Of a DNA stretch of 64,000 bases, positions 45,391-55,486 are shown in pieces; within the stretch, counting starts at the first letter, position 1; every line of letters starts with the position of its first letter. This DNA comes from a virus: IMG/VR virus record IMGVR_UViG_3300021168_000018. The stretch is one strand, 5' to 3'. The notes below the pieces were generated by a model. The model was not told where the DNA came from and did not search any database. It was given only the letters and a program-made list of their open reading frames with translations. The position numbers and the translations under genes were made by a program.

Positions 45391-47004
45391 TTATCCAGTC
45401 TGGGCTACGGAAACGAAATTGTACCCTGGAGTTCCAAAGTTTAGCAGAGGCACAGATACGGTTCCAAGCAATCCGGTTCTAAATTGGCCAGAAGTGTACC
45501 CTGAATCTGGATTGGGTGTGATTCCTGTGAGAGGACTTCCAAGGGAAACTGTATTGTGAACGTTGTCCAAAGTGACTTTGTAGAGAGCCACGACTAGGCT
45601 GTTATTGACGTCCGTGAAGATATTGAACATTGTGCTCCCACTAGACGTTTTGTCAGTCAGGAGGGCACAGAGTTCTGGCGGTCCTATAGGGAAACTGGTA
45701 TTGGGGTTTCCAGAGAAGAGATAGTCTACTACAGAGCCGTCCGCATAGTTCGTTGTGAAGAATTTGATGGCCGTGATATTGAAAGAAAGGTCGTCTATGA
45801 AATAAGTCACGCAGGAGACTTTCGTGCCTATCATTTGAGACGCTGGAGCCAGTATGTATTGCTGTGTTCCACCGCCGCTAGGCTCTATGGTCGAAACAAA
45901 GGAAAACGATTTGTCGTAGAGCAGCGGGCCTATTTCACCAGCCGGATGCGCTCCCACTATCCCCACAGTGGCATCGAACGTTCCGTTCCTGCGTGAACCG
46001 CTGACTTTAGTTGTGTCTTGTATCCAGCCACTAGTGATACCAGAGCCGGAAATGACAGACGAGCCGCTTCCATTTGAAACGCCATGCACCGTTTCGTCGG
46101 TAGCTAGAACTGCTCTGCTGCCTGATTCGAAGGAGATGTAGTTTCTGACTGTGGACGCCGTGATGCTTCCGAGTGGACCTGCGAGCTGCATCTCCTTGTC
46201 TAAGAATTCTATAGAGAACAGGAACGGGTCATTGGTCAGAAACAGCGCTGGAACGCTGTACTGAGACGTACCGAAACCGAATCCGATTCCACCACCTTCG
46301 AACCAGTTTGCATAGAGGTTCCAAGAGAGAGCCAAGCCTTGCACAAGAAACTCAGATTTCAGTGTCGCTTGCAAAAAGAATCCATTCGATATCCCAGGTA
46401 TCGGCCCTGAAGATTGTAGCTTGCCTGCTCCCAAGTCGTAGATTCTGTATCTGTAGTTGATAGTGGATGGTGGAGTCGGCCAAGAATTGGAAAATCCAGT
46501 GCTGCCGAAACCTTCAGCGTAGGCCAAGTACCTCCCATCCGGAGATAGTGTCAAGCAATCTGGCTGAGAGAAATTGGAAGGCGGAGAAGCGGGAGTCGGT
46601 AGGACGAGACGATAAATCTTGTTACTGCCAGAATCCTGAAGCCGGATATAGACTGGAAATACACCGCTTCGCACCGTGGTATCGATTTCAAATGCGGCTA
46701 TGCGGAATTTGGAAGGACTGGTGAAGAACGGTGGCTTGTCTAGTGGAACTATTCCCGGTGCCGGACTAGTCGGAATCACAGTGTACGTTCCACCGTCGCC
46801 GAGCACGACTATGACTTGCTGCCCTTGGACAACTGGATACGTCGGCAACGCTTGAATAGCATTTCCATCTAGTAAAGCTAGACAGGTCCCATCAGGGTTC
46901 AGAGCGGTGACTACGCCTAGCCTGTACTTGGAAGGATTGGTCCAACCGATTCCTGTCAGTTGGTCCTTGATGGCTTGCTTGATTTTATCTCTGAGACTGC
47001 TCAT
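45391..47004 (-). CDS. Tail-tip / receptor-binding protein candidate
   Basis: N-terminal beta module shared with 47001-47252; propeller-like LSPDGRYLAY; position after tail genes. Confidence 0.5.
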   Translation of the reverse strand: MSSLRDKIKQAIKDQLTGIGWTNPSKYRLGVVTALNPDGTCLALLDGNAIQALPTYPVVQGQQVIVVLGDGGTYTVIPTSPAPGIVPLDKPPFFTSPSKFRIAAFEIDTTVRSGVFPVYIRLQDSGSNKIYRLVLPTPASPPSNFSQPDCLTLSPDGRYLAYAEGFGSTGFSNSWPTPPSTINYRYRIYDLGAGKLQSSGPIPGISNGFFLQATLKSEFLVQGLALSWNLYANWFEGGGIGFGFGTSQYSVPALFLTNDPFLFSIEFLDKEMQLAGPLGSITASTVRNYISFESGSRAVLATDETVHGVSNGSGSSVISGSGITSGWIQDTTKVSGSRRNGTFDATVGIVGAHPAGEIGPLLYDKSFSFVSTIEPSGGGTQQYILAPASQMIGTKVSCVTYFIDDLSFNITAIKFFTTNYADGSVVDYLFSGNPNTSFPIGPPELCALLTDKTSSGSTMFNIFTDVNNSLVVALYKVTLDNVHNTVSLGSPLTGITPNPDSGYTSGQFRTGLLGTVSVPLLNFGTPGYNFVSVAQTG

Positions 47005-47252
47005 CGAGGAACCGCTGTCTTGACCGTCTCCGCTGTGATGACCATGACCTGCTGACCAAGCGTGAGGATTACCGGAGAACCTAGAGAAGTGTAGATGCTT
47101 GAACCTGTCTGCACATTGTAAGTGCCATCACCATTCAGCGATATGACAGTGCCAGCCTCTGGGTCTAGATTGCCGGTGGACTGCTTTAGTTCTGACAAGG
47201 TTTCTCGGACTAAATTCTGGAACGCTGTGCGAAGTGGAGTCCCTTCCGGCAC
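47001..47252 (-). CDS. Small tail-tip protein
   Basis: GTVISLNGDGTY...GQQVMVI. Confidence 0.45.
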   Translation of the reverse strand: MPEGTPLRTAFQNLVRETLSELKQSTGNLDPEAGTVISLNGDGTYNVQTGSSIYTSLGSPVILTLGQQVMVITAETVKTAVPR

Positions 47253-48850
47253 TAGAGCACTATCTCATTTCCAGCGCCGAAAGACCACAGACCAGGACTG
47301 AATTGATACTTCTCAGCAGTGATATTCAGAACCATCCCGTTTCTTCCGAAGTTAAGGCCGACGGATTGGATGCGGCCACAGTCTTGGAACCTGAGTCCAC
47401 TAACTACGCTCAAGCTGTCTCCGACTTGAGGCGAGTTATTTCTGTATACTACACTCACGTTCGTTTTCAATCTTGGAGAGTTGATGAGCTGGAAATTGCT
47501 GAGATATTTCTGATAGTAGTTGACAATTCCACCACCGAGGTTGGCGACATTGGCACTTGGATTGACAGTGACAACGTTCCTTGGGATGCCGAACGGATTG
47601 ACCGGGTCGCCTACTGGAAAAGTCGTTGGGTTGACACGTGGAAACATCCAGAAGCCGACCTGAAGACTGTAGAAATTCAGGCTGGCGTCGCCGGCGTCAC
47701 CACCAATCGGAAATAGTGTTAGCGCCTTGGTCAATTCTAGATACTGCCCAGAAACGGCGTCAGACACGACCGTATCGCTTAGATTAAAGCCGTAGATGCC
47801 ATTGTTCGTATCCCCACCTAGGAACTGGAACGAATTCGGTGGCCCTGTTGAGCCTTGGCTCTGAGCCGTGACCGGACTGCCTATGAACGTGGAAATGTTT
47901 CCAGGTTGACTGCTGAAATCTTTGATGATTCTTTTGAAATCCGTTATGCCCCTCATGCTGCCTGGATTGGTCGGTGATGGGAATTGCTTCCAGTACCTGC
48001 CGACCGTTGGACTTGGATTATCGTTGGTTCCACTGCCGGGAACTGGCGTCCATTCTTCGAACGTGCCATCTATCAGCCAGCCATCTGGTATCGGTGTGAA
48101 ACCATTGTTAGCGGTTCCGGCGGATATCTGCGTATTCGGCTGCTTCTGCGCGTGGTCGCTGTCGTAAACGAAATCGCCCTCATTATTCAGCTGACCGGCA
48201 AATAGCGCCGGGTTCAATTGAGATGCCACGTCCAGAGTGTAGTCTATGGCTTGCGTCGCTGAGACGATGTCGGATTTCGGCACAGTGAATATTTGCGAAC
48301 CGAATGGCGCAGCTCCGGGGTCGACCACGTAGATACCGTCTTTACGAACTATTATATCGCCAAGAACATAGGATGCCAATTGCTGGAGGCCGCTCATAGA
48401 CGGGCCTCTAAACGAGAAATTCTTTATCGGGACGCTGGTCGTCTGCCATAGCACGGACGCACCGTTCATTATGGTACTTGCCAGTTGAGCCAGAAACTGA
48501 GCAGCGTTAGGTTCTATCCCATAGAAGAATATTTGGGACGCTTGGAGTGGTTGGATGACACCAGAGATTGTATCGACCATTCCAGAAGACGACCATCCAC
48601 TACTGACATTCTTGACTACTCCCACTCTTCCGAACGGTAGACTGATGATAGCGTCTTCTACAGGCAATGGAGATAGAGCGTCTTTCAGCAAAGTGACTGT
48701 GAAGCTGCCTCCTGTGGTAGTGTAATTCAACTGGAGACTGACTGTGATAGATTCAGTGGAAAGTAGATAGCCGATGCTTTTCAGAGGAGGTATGATTATC
48801 TTCTCTGAGTTGACATAGAATGGAGGCGAGCTACCCACCGAAGGCTCCAT
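47252..48850 (-). CDS. Tail hub/baseplate-type protein
   Basis: Position; hub-like ends (GLQQLA...IIVRKDGIYV; VGDSLSV...GRIQSV). Confidence 0.5.
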   Translation of the reverse strand: MEPSVGSSPPFYVNSEKIIIPPLKSIGYLLSTESITVSLQLNYTTTGGSFTVTLLKDALSPLPVEDAIISLPFGRVGVVKNVSSGWSSSGMVDTISGVIQPLQASQIFFYGIEPNAAQFLAQLASTIMNGASVLWQTTSVPIKNFSFRGPSMSGLQQLASYVLGDIIVRKDGIYVVDPGAAPFGSQIFTVPKSDIVSATQAIDYTLDVASQLNPALFAGQLNNEGDFVYDSDHAQKQPNTQISAGTANNGFTPIPDGWLIDGTFEEWTPVPGSGTNDNPSPTVGRYWKQFPSPTNPGSMRGITDFKRIIKDFSSQPGNISTFIGSPVTAQSQGSTGPPNSFQFLGGDTNNGIYGFNLSDTVVSDAVSGQYLELTKALTLFPIGGDAGDASLNFYSLQVGFWMFPRVNPTTFPVGDPVNPFGIPRNVVTVNPSANVANLGGGIVNYYQKYLSNFQLINSPRLKTNVSVVYRNNSPQVGDSLSVVSGLRFQDCGRIQSVGLNFGRNGMVLNITAEKYQFSPGLWSFGAGNEIVL

Positions 48851-51659
48851 TTATCAAGTCTGAACGCTCTTGGAAAATTATCTGCAATTCGTAGACATGC
48901 GGCTCGGCGCCGAGGATCAGTTTCGCTCTGAATGCTGAGGCCGACTGTGCGAACACGACGCGATAATTTCTCCCCAGAGCCTGCAATGTGACCGGTGCTA
49001 TGCAGGAATTTGCCTGATTGAACTGGTTTATCAATTGCTGCCTCAAAGCGTAGCTCAAATTGGCGTTTCCAAGCTGCTGACCGAACAGTTCCAACAGCGC
49101 ATAGTTCCTTTGGTGAGTGATGTTTATTTCAGACAGAGCCAACATGCTGAATTCGTCAATGACGCATGTGATGGTGAATTCCTGTATGAAATAGACCTTG
49201 ACCTTGTTGCTGACGATATCGTCTTCGAAATCCGTAGTGGTGTCAACTGACGTGTCGGTGGTAGTGACTTGACCCTTGGTGACTTGAACTGTTTTCGTAA
49301 CCGTTTGCCGTATAACGCCAGAAGTCGGGTCTGGGAATATTTTGGTCTCTTCGGTAGTGACCGTTGTCGTAACTTGGCCGAATTCGTCAGTGACCGTTTC
49401 TGTAGTGACCTGGACGCTATCTCCGGTGAGCGGGTTGGTAGTTGTCTTTATGACTTTCTGAGAGCCATCTGGATAATTGATGGTCTTGGTTACGATAACT
49501 TGCAGAGCATTGAAAGCGCTCGTGGTGTCAGTAGTCGTCGTGCCTACATCTCTGCGTGTGCCTATTTCGTCAGTACGAGTCTGGGTCACCTTGCCGGTCG
49601 GGTCTGTCTGAGTCTCCACGGTCACTTGGTCATAGATGATATTGCCGAACGAATCTGTAGTCTGACCGTTGAGATTTCCTGGGACTATCTCGACCTGTTT
49701 GTTGATAGTTGTCAGGCCTTCCTGTTCGCCACCTGCCCACTCAGCATTCACAGTGCCAAAGAACTGATAGTGTTGAACGCCATCCAACGTTCTTACAATC
49801 AGAGGCTGGACGTTATCGGCGGTCGGTGGCTGTGTGAATACATTCTTCTTCTCTTGGCTGGTGATAATACCATTGACGGTGTCTGTTTCTATTTCCCTAG
49901 TGAGCGTCTGACCGCTGCCAGTTTTCTCTGTTATGATAGTGCTAGTTCTGGTAGGAGTCCCACTGTTCTGAATGGTCACTGTCGTAACGAGAGTGTCTTG
50001 CTTCTGAGTGGTGTTTGTGGTGGTCGTTATGACAGTCCCGTTAGGAAGCGTATGAGTGTTGGTTTTCGTGTTGACCAGGATACCGCTCGGTGCTTGGTCT
50101 ACGCGACGCAGCCACGTTCGCGTTCTAGTCTGGAAACTGACAACGTTAGATGTAAACGCGGTAATGAGCAGGCTGACGCCCGATGACGGCAGAGTGCTGC
50201 CAAACACTGTGAACTTTGATGTCGGCCTGTAGGCGCTCGCTGCATCGCTAGAAGACAGCCAGTCTATAGTGGACGGGAACCCTTGACCCGGCATTTGTTT
50301 AGAGTCATTTTGACTTGCCGGATTGACGGTCCAGACAGCCATGTTGATAAACGAGGCGTCTGGGATATTTCCACACGGACCTTGGACCAGTTTCTGTACC
50401 GTAGTGACAGCTAGATTGATGAAACTATGCGGGTCTACTTGTCTCTGGGCGGTCGCTACGGCAAGTTTGATGTAGCTCTTATTGCCAAGATACGTTGTGA
50501 CCGCGAGCTTGACATAGTTTCTAGTCTGTACTTGCGTCTGGACAGCCAGATTTACGAAATTCAGAACTTTCGTAGTGGTCGTGACCGCTAGGTTGATGAA
50601 ATTGCGACTCTGCTGCAAAGTATTGACAGCGAGTTTGATGTAAGCGTTCGGGAAGATTGGGAACTGAGTAGTCGCGGCCAGTCTGACATAGGCTATAGAG
50701 GGAGCAGTAGCCAGACCAAATTTAGGTGGACTGACAAAATTTTCAGGTTGGATGTAATTGAGTTGAACTGCTTTTTGGCCTAGAGTTGATTTCCAGCTTT
50801 CGATTGTTGGTGTCGCTATTGTCACTAGACCGAATTTCGGTGGCGCTGCATAGCTTCCACGGTCGTAGTTCAGAACGACAGCATTTTGTCCTGTGGTCGG
50901 TGCTGAACTTTCTACTGTAGGCGTCGCTGGAATATAGGGGATAACTTTTTCGGGGGCTATGAAAAGACTGCCAGGAGTGAACGGCTGTGGGAGAGCGTGC
51001 TTGCCCTCGGTAGGAAGCCATGAAGCTACAGAAGGTATCGTGATAGCTTGGAAAGCAATCGCGAATGCTCTAGCAGTACCTGGAGCAGTATTGAATTTGG
51101 AAGTGATGCTGCTCTGTGCTGATGAAAAGACAATATGTTCAGCAGCGCCAAATGAATTGAATCCAGCACTATCTAATGTGTAACTAGTGCCTTGCGCGTA
51201 GCTATCAGTACCAGACTGGTCATACGCTTCGACCGCTACGAACTCATCGGTGCCATTCGTGCTGTAGACCGCGGTAGTCGCATTGGCGGAGCCAGAACTG
51301 GCAGCGTCTGTATCGAAACCGACTATACCACCGGAAATCGGAACGTCCCAGAAAAATACGATGGCGTTTGCGTTGCTTGTAGAAAGCGTGACTGTGATTT
51401 TGTTAGTCGCGTTAGCAACGGTCGCAGCTAGGCAGTAGAACCATTGAAACAGAGTCCCAGAACCACCGACGAATGAAGACAGTGGAGTGTAAGTGTTTCC
51501 AGCTGTGTCTTGGACGTTCGAAACAGTTCCAGAACCAGACCATCCCACACCGACTATCAGCAAATCTCCTACTTGCGTGTTCAGGCCAGTAGTGGTCTGG
51601 AAACTACTGGTAGAGCTTCCGCCTCCACCAGATTTCGAAGGTGTTCCGAATATGCTCAA
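48831..51659 (-). CDS. Large Ser/Thr-rich tail protein with internal repeats
   Basis: 942 aa; [FY][IV][NKR]LAVxT-type repeats and a Thr-rich beta region. Confidence 0.55.
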   Translation of the reverse strand: MSIFGTPSKSGGGGSSTSSFQTTTGLNTQVGDLLIVGVGWSGSGTVSNVQDTAGNTYTPLSSFVGGSGTLFQWFYCLAATVANATNKITVTLSTSNANAIVFFWDVPISGGIVGFDTDAASSGSANATTAVYSTNGTDEFVAVEAYDQSGTDSYAQGTSYTLDSAGFNSFGAAEHIVFSSAQSSITSKFNTAPGTARAFAIAFQAITIPSVASWLPTEGKHALPQPFTPGSLFIAPEKVIPYIPATPTVESSAPTTGQNAVVLNYDRGSYAAPPKFGLVTIATPTIESWKSTLGQKAVQLNYIQPENFVSPPKFGLATAPSIAYVRLAATTQFPIFPNAYIKLAVNTLQQSRNFINLAVTTTTKVLNFVNLAVQTQVQTRNYVKLAVTTYLGNKSYIKLAVATAQRQVDPHSFINLAVTTVQKLVQGPCGNIPDASFINMAVWTVNPASQNDSKQMPGQGFPSTIDWLSSSDAASAYRPTSKFTVFGSTLPSSGVSLLITAFTSNVVSFQTRTRTWLRRVDQAPSGILVNTKTNTHTLPNGTVITTTTNTTQKQDTLVTTVTIQNSGTPTRTSTIITEKTGSGQTLTREIETDTVNGIITSQEKKNVFTQPPTADNVQPLIVRTLDGVQHYQFFGTVNAEWAGGEQEGLTTINKQVEIVPGNLNGQTTDSFGNIIYDQVTVETQTDPTGKVTQTRTDEIGTRRDVGTTTTDTTSAFNALQVIVTKTINYPDGSQKVIKTTTNPLTGDSVQVTTETVTDEFGQVTTTVTTEETKIFPDPTSGVIRQTVTKTVQVTKGQVTTTDTSVDTTTDFEDDIVSNKVKVYFIQEFTITCVIDEFSMLALSEINITHQRNYALLELFGQQLGNANLSYALRQQLINQFNQANSCIAPVTLQALGRNYRVVFAQSASAFRAKLILGAEPHVYELQIIFQERSDLINGAFGG

Positions 51660-52007
51660 TTAAGCCTGCTTGATTTTGACGCCGGGGATAAGTATGTCCA
51701 CAGAGTACTTGTACTCTTTCAGAGGCTTGGAATATTTCTCAAACTTCTTAGTTCTCAACTCGAACCTGATTTCAGTGAGCATCTGTGTTTCTTTGTCCAG
51801 ACCGCCTATCAAGAAACTTTCGATAGTCGGGGGTCCACCGACAGTAGCGAATGCTTCTGTGACGAAATAGTAGCTATCTTTGTTTACGAGTTCCGTCGCT
51901 GGACCACCGAGACTCAATTTGCTGATGGGTTTGTCCTTGGGCAAATTCGTCCAGTAGCCAGAAGTCGAATTCGCCGTGCTTCCATCTGCGTAGTGTGCTT
52001 TCCACAT
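51660..52007 (-). CDS. Hypothetical protein
   Basis: RBS AGGAGAA. Confidence 0.55.
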   Translation of the reverse strand: MWKAHYADGSTANSTSGYWTNLPKDKPISKLSLGGPATELVNKDSYYFVTEAFATVGGPPTIESFLIGGLDKETQMLTEIRFELRTKKFEKYSKPLKEYKYSVDILIPGVKIKQA

Positions 52008-52023
52008 AGATTTTCTCCTGAAA

Positions 52024-52632
52024 TCAAGTATTCGTTACCCATAGTAACGGTGAGTCATATAGTCCAGTAAGCGGTTTAGTGAGTACGACGTTTGTGGAAG
52101 CGACGCCAGCATCAGATGGACGAATGAAATTTCCGGCGGCACCTGGAGTTATATTCGTTAGGATTGGTGCTCCATCTGTCCCACCAGCCGAGAAGTCATT
52201 GAACTGGAATGTCAAGCTGGGAGGTGCACCAGAGTAAGCGTAGCGAACCGCCAGAATTCCAACCGTGTTGGTGCTGGGAACGACAGCGTCGGAAGCTATC
52301 TGGTAGTTGAGGTTGAAAGTGACCGCTCCGCCTGCTCCGGGGATGCTGGCTGAAAGGTTGACGAAATTTGTAGCGCCTTTTAGCCTGTTGATAGTCGCTC
52401 CGCCTGCTACTGGACTGGACGGCTCCCATGCTGATGCTGGAGCGCCTCCGGTAGTAGCGACCGCTGACCAGTATGGAATATTCCCATTGCCTGTCGTGCC
52501 AGTGAACGATTCCTTGTTGGTCGTTGTGAAAGTGGAATCGTCCCACGACTCTAAGGTTGGGATAGCTGATAGTGCTTGACTGAATGTTACCTTGAATGGG
52601 TTGACCGCTGCACTGTTATTTCCGGCTCCCAC
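52024..52632 (-). CDS. Virion structural protein (tail-associated)
   Basis: Gly/Ala/Thr/Asn-rich; directly after the tape measure. Confidence 0.5.
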   Translation of the reverse strand: MGAGNNSAAVNPFKVTFSQALSAIPTLESWDDSTFTTTNKESFTGTTGNGNIPYWSAVATTGGAPASAWEPSSPVAGGATINRLKGATNFVNLSASIPGAGGAVTFNLNYQIASDAVVPSTNTVGILAVRYAYSGAPPSLTFQFNDFSAGGTDGAPILTNITPGAAGNFIRPSDAGVASTNVVLTKPLTGLYDSPLLWVTNT

Positions 52633-52665
52633 AATACTAGATGGAATTGAAATCGTAGTTCTCCT

Positions 52666-55146
52666 TTACTGTGAAATTGCTTGTGCGATACTGTTTGCGA
52701 TTAAATCCCCTGTTCCTGGGTCTATAGAAATCTGCACTCTGGAACTGCTAGACTTGATGGCGTCTACCACATCAGCCAGAAATTGGTTGCGCTCATCAGC
52801 ACTCGACGCTTGCGAAGCCACGCTAGTCGTAAGTTTGATGGCGTCTTGCAATGCTTTGGTCGCGTCAGTTAGAGCCTTGGTAGCATCTTCTACGCCGGTC
52901 CCTCTCCCGATACCTACTTGCGGAGTTGGAGTGCCTGTCGTTGCTCCACTTGGACCAGACGTGGGAGGCGCGATAGTTTCCCCACTGGTCGCAAGCTGTC
53001 CAGAGCCTTGAGTTGGTAGAGTTGTACCCCCGCCGCCGGGACCAATGATGCCGGGATTCAGTGCAAATCCAGTTTGCTTCGCTACGGAAAGAGCGGCAGA
53101 CTGGACAGCGTTCGAGAAATTCTGTATATTAGGGATGGCTCCTAGCAGCACGTCTCTAACGCGGACAGCCAAGTCTGTAAACGACGTGTCTAGACGTGGG
53201 ATGTCGCTGCCTCTTGCCAGACCTTCAGTGGCTAATCCTTCAGCCGGAGACAGTAGACTACCTATCGTGGGAGATGGACCACCCGGAGAGCGGACAGCTT
53301 CACCGCCAGATGCCGCTCTGAGAATATCCTTCGCTGTAGACGCGGCGTCTTGCCAGATGCCAGAAACATGAGTGCCCATCTGCTGCATCTGTTCAATCTG
53401 CTTATTGACGAATTGCGCGAACTGGACAGCTGCTTCGCGCTGTTCTACAGTGCCTCCGCCGTGCAACACCTGACCCGCTTCTCTAGTTCCTTCGACTAGC
53501 TTGCGCTCAGAGTCTATCCTAGCGTGTTCAAACGTTTCTACGTCTCCTGTCTTCTTTGATGCTTCCATTACCCGGCTGTATGCGTCAACGACGCTCTTGG
53601 TGTAAGACAGGCTGAAATCTAGGCGCTTGTCGTAGAGATCTTTGTCGAGGTCAGCTATTTTGGTGAGGACCTTCATCTCCTCTTCAGCGTTGCCCTTAAC
53701 CTGTTCAAGCTTTTGTTTCTGAAACTCAATTTCATTTTGGATAGATACGACACGAATTTTCTTTGTAAATTCAAATATTTGGTCTTGCTGCTTCTCTGCC
53801 AAATCTCTAGCCTTGATAAGTTCTTCTGCCGCCCCAAAGACGTCTCCTCTACCTAGGAGTTCACCAGATTTCTGCTTTCGATAAGCTATTTCTTGGTCTA
53901 CGCTTGCTAGACGCAATTCTCTAGCTAACTTGATTGCCTCTTCTTCTCGCTTGTAGATGGCAGCGTTGGAATTCTTGACGACCTCAGCTTCTTCGACCTT
54001 GATTTTCATTATTTCGGTTTCGATTTTAAGTCTCTGGTCGTCAGTGAGCCCTGCGGACAATTGCTTCTGGAGCATGATACGCTGCTCTTCCAACTTTGCC
54101 AATGCTCCAGCGGCAGCGCCACGTATGTCAGAGCTGAGCCCAAGACTCATGGCTTTCTCTTCCAGAGATAGACGCTCCCTAGTCAGAGCCACGACCTTGC
54201 GCTCGTTCTGCTCTGTGAGTTCTATTTCCTGTGCTACCTTTTCAGAGGCTTCTGCAAGACGCTCACTTTCCTTCGTAGTTTCAGCGGTTTCTTCTCTGGT
54301 CTTTCTTATGTTGTCGTAGAAATTGCCAATGATTTTATCGGCATTTCCAAACCAACCTCCGCTAGTGCCCATAGCTTTCGCAGTAGCTGATACCGAGTCT
54401 ATGAATTTCGTAAACGTCGGGAGCAGTCTAGTGCCTAGTTCAACCTGCAGATGCCGCACAGATTGTTCTAGTTCTGCCGTTGCCTGTTTATATTTCAGTG
54501 CTGCCTCTGCCGCCTGTTCAACAGGACCTAGAGTGCCTTCTACGCTTTTCTTTTGCCTATCCCATTCATCGTTGCTAAGTTTCAACATCGGGACTAGTTG
54601 ACCGCCGATGCGAGCGCCTAGCAATTCCGTAGCAACTTTCAATTTATCGCTGTCAGTACTTGCGGATGAGACTTTCTCTCTGACTTTATCCAACACCTGA
54701 GTCATAGATAGAGCTTGACCGCTCGTGTCTCTTAGGGAGCCAAGGACCCGGCCAAGACGCGTAGCGAACGGGTCTAATGAGTTCTGTGTGGCTGTGACCT
54801 GTGTCGAGAGCATCTGCATGGCACGAGCGCCCAGATTTGCATTGACGCCGAAGCGTTCCATGACGCCGACCAGAGTGGCTGCTTCTCTGGTAGTCATACC
54901 CATCCGATTAGACAGGTGCTCCATTTCCAATCCCCACTCAGCGGTCGTACGGATAGCTTTCTCTAATGCGACCAGGACCGCCCCGCCCATAGCGGTAGCG
55001 ATACCGACCGCCATCAAGCTGAAGTGGCTAGTTATTTTCTCAGCGCCCTCCTTAGCCATCGTTTCAGCTTTTTGGAGTCCGGTCTCTAGACCCTTCAGGT
55101 CTACGCTCGTCCCCATTATCGCCTCTAGCAGTGATACGACGCCCAT
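52666..55146 (-). CDS. Tape measure protein
   Basis: 826 aa, helical and Ala-rich; follows the chaperone genes; TMP-like N-terminus. Confidence 0.85.
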   Translation of the reverse strand: MGVVSLLEAIMGTSVDLKGLETGLQKAETMAKEGAEKITSHFSLMAVGIATAMGGAVLVALEKAIRTTAEWGLEMEHLSNRMGMTTREAATLVGVMERFGVNANLGARAMQMLSTQVTATQNSLDPFATRLGRVLGSLRDTSGQALSMTQVLDKVREKVSSASTDSDKLKVATELLGARIGGQLVPMLKLSNDEWDRQKKSVEGTLGPVEQAAEAALKYKQATAELEQSVRHLQVELGTRLLPTFTKFIDSVSATAKAMGTSGGWFGNADKIIGNFYDNIRKTREETAETTKESERLAEASEKVAQEIELTEQNERKVVALTRERLSLEEKAMSLGLSSDIRGAAAGALAKLEEQRIMLQKQLSAGLTDDQRLKIETEIMKIKVEEAEVVKNSNAAIYKREEEAIKLARELRLASVDQEIAYRKQKSGELLGRGDVFGAAEELIKARDLAEKQQDQIFEFTKKIRVVSIQNEIEFQKQKLEQVKGNAEEEMKVLTKIADLDKDLYDKRLDFSLSYTKSVVDAYSRVMEASKKTGDVETFEHARIDSERKLVEGTREAGQVLHGGGTVEQREAAVQFAQFVNKQIEQMQQMGTHVSGIWQDAASTAKDILRAASGGEAVRSPGGPSPTIGSLLSPAEGLATEGLARGSDIPRLDTSFTDLAVRVRDVLLGAIPNIQNFSNAVQSAALSVAKQTGFALNPGIIGPGGGGTTLPTQGSGQLATSGETIAPPTSGPSGATTGTPTPQVGIGRGTGVEDATKALTDATKALQDAIKLTTSVASQASSADERNQFLADVVDAIKSSSSRVQISIDPGTGDLIANSIAQAISQ

Positions 55147-55445
55147 CAGCTTTTCCTAGTTTTCCCTTCGGCTATTTTCCTACGCTGCTCTTCAGCAAAT
55201 TCTGGGTCTTCCCAATACTTGCGAGCTGTCTCTATGAATGGCTTGCCGTCAGAACCGACTAGAGTTTTGAACTCGTCGTCGACCGCCTTGAACTCGCTAA
55301 CGTCCCGAGATATCCTAGCTGTCATAGTTGGTGAATAATCATAGTCTTTTACCTGTCCTCTGACGTCTGGCTCTACAGACCCTACGCGACTCATCGTCTG
55401 TGTAGCTATGAAATTTCGTACAACAGATTCAGTAGAAGGATACAC
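55146..55445 (-). CDS. C-terminal part of the frameshifted tail chaperone (gpT-like); frame is open from 55709
   Basis: -1 frame from the slippery site is open for the whole distance and contains LWDTVFEFFAAEYGFGPNAVGRLTLPQI. Confidence 0.7.
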   Translation of the reverse strand: MYPSTESVVRNFIATQTMSRVGSVEPDVRGQVKDYDYSPTMTARISRDVSEFKAVDDEFKTLVGSDGKPFIETARKYWEDPEFAEEQRRKIAEGKTRKS

Positions 55446-55486
55446 TGGCTTCTCCTTCCTATTTCCATTTTTCTCGGGAGGCTTTG

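Noticed and set aside
45391-51659. Diversity-generating retroelement acting on tail-tip genes
   Set aside because: No reverse transcriptase and no template/variable repeat pair visible in the window.
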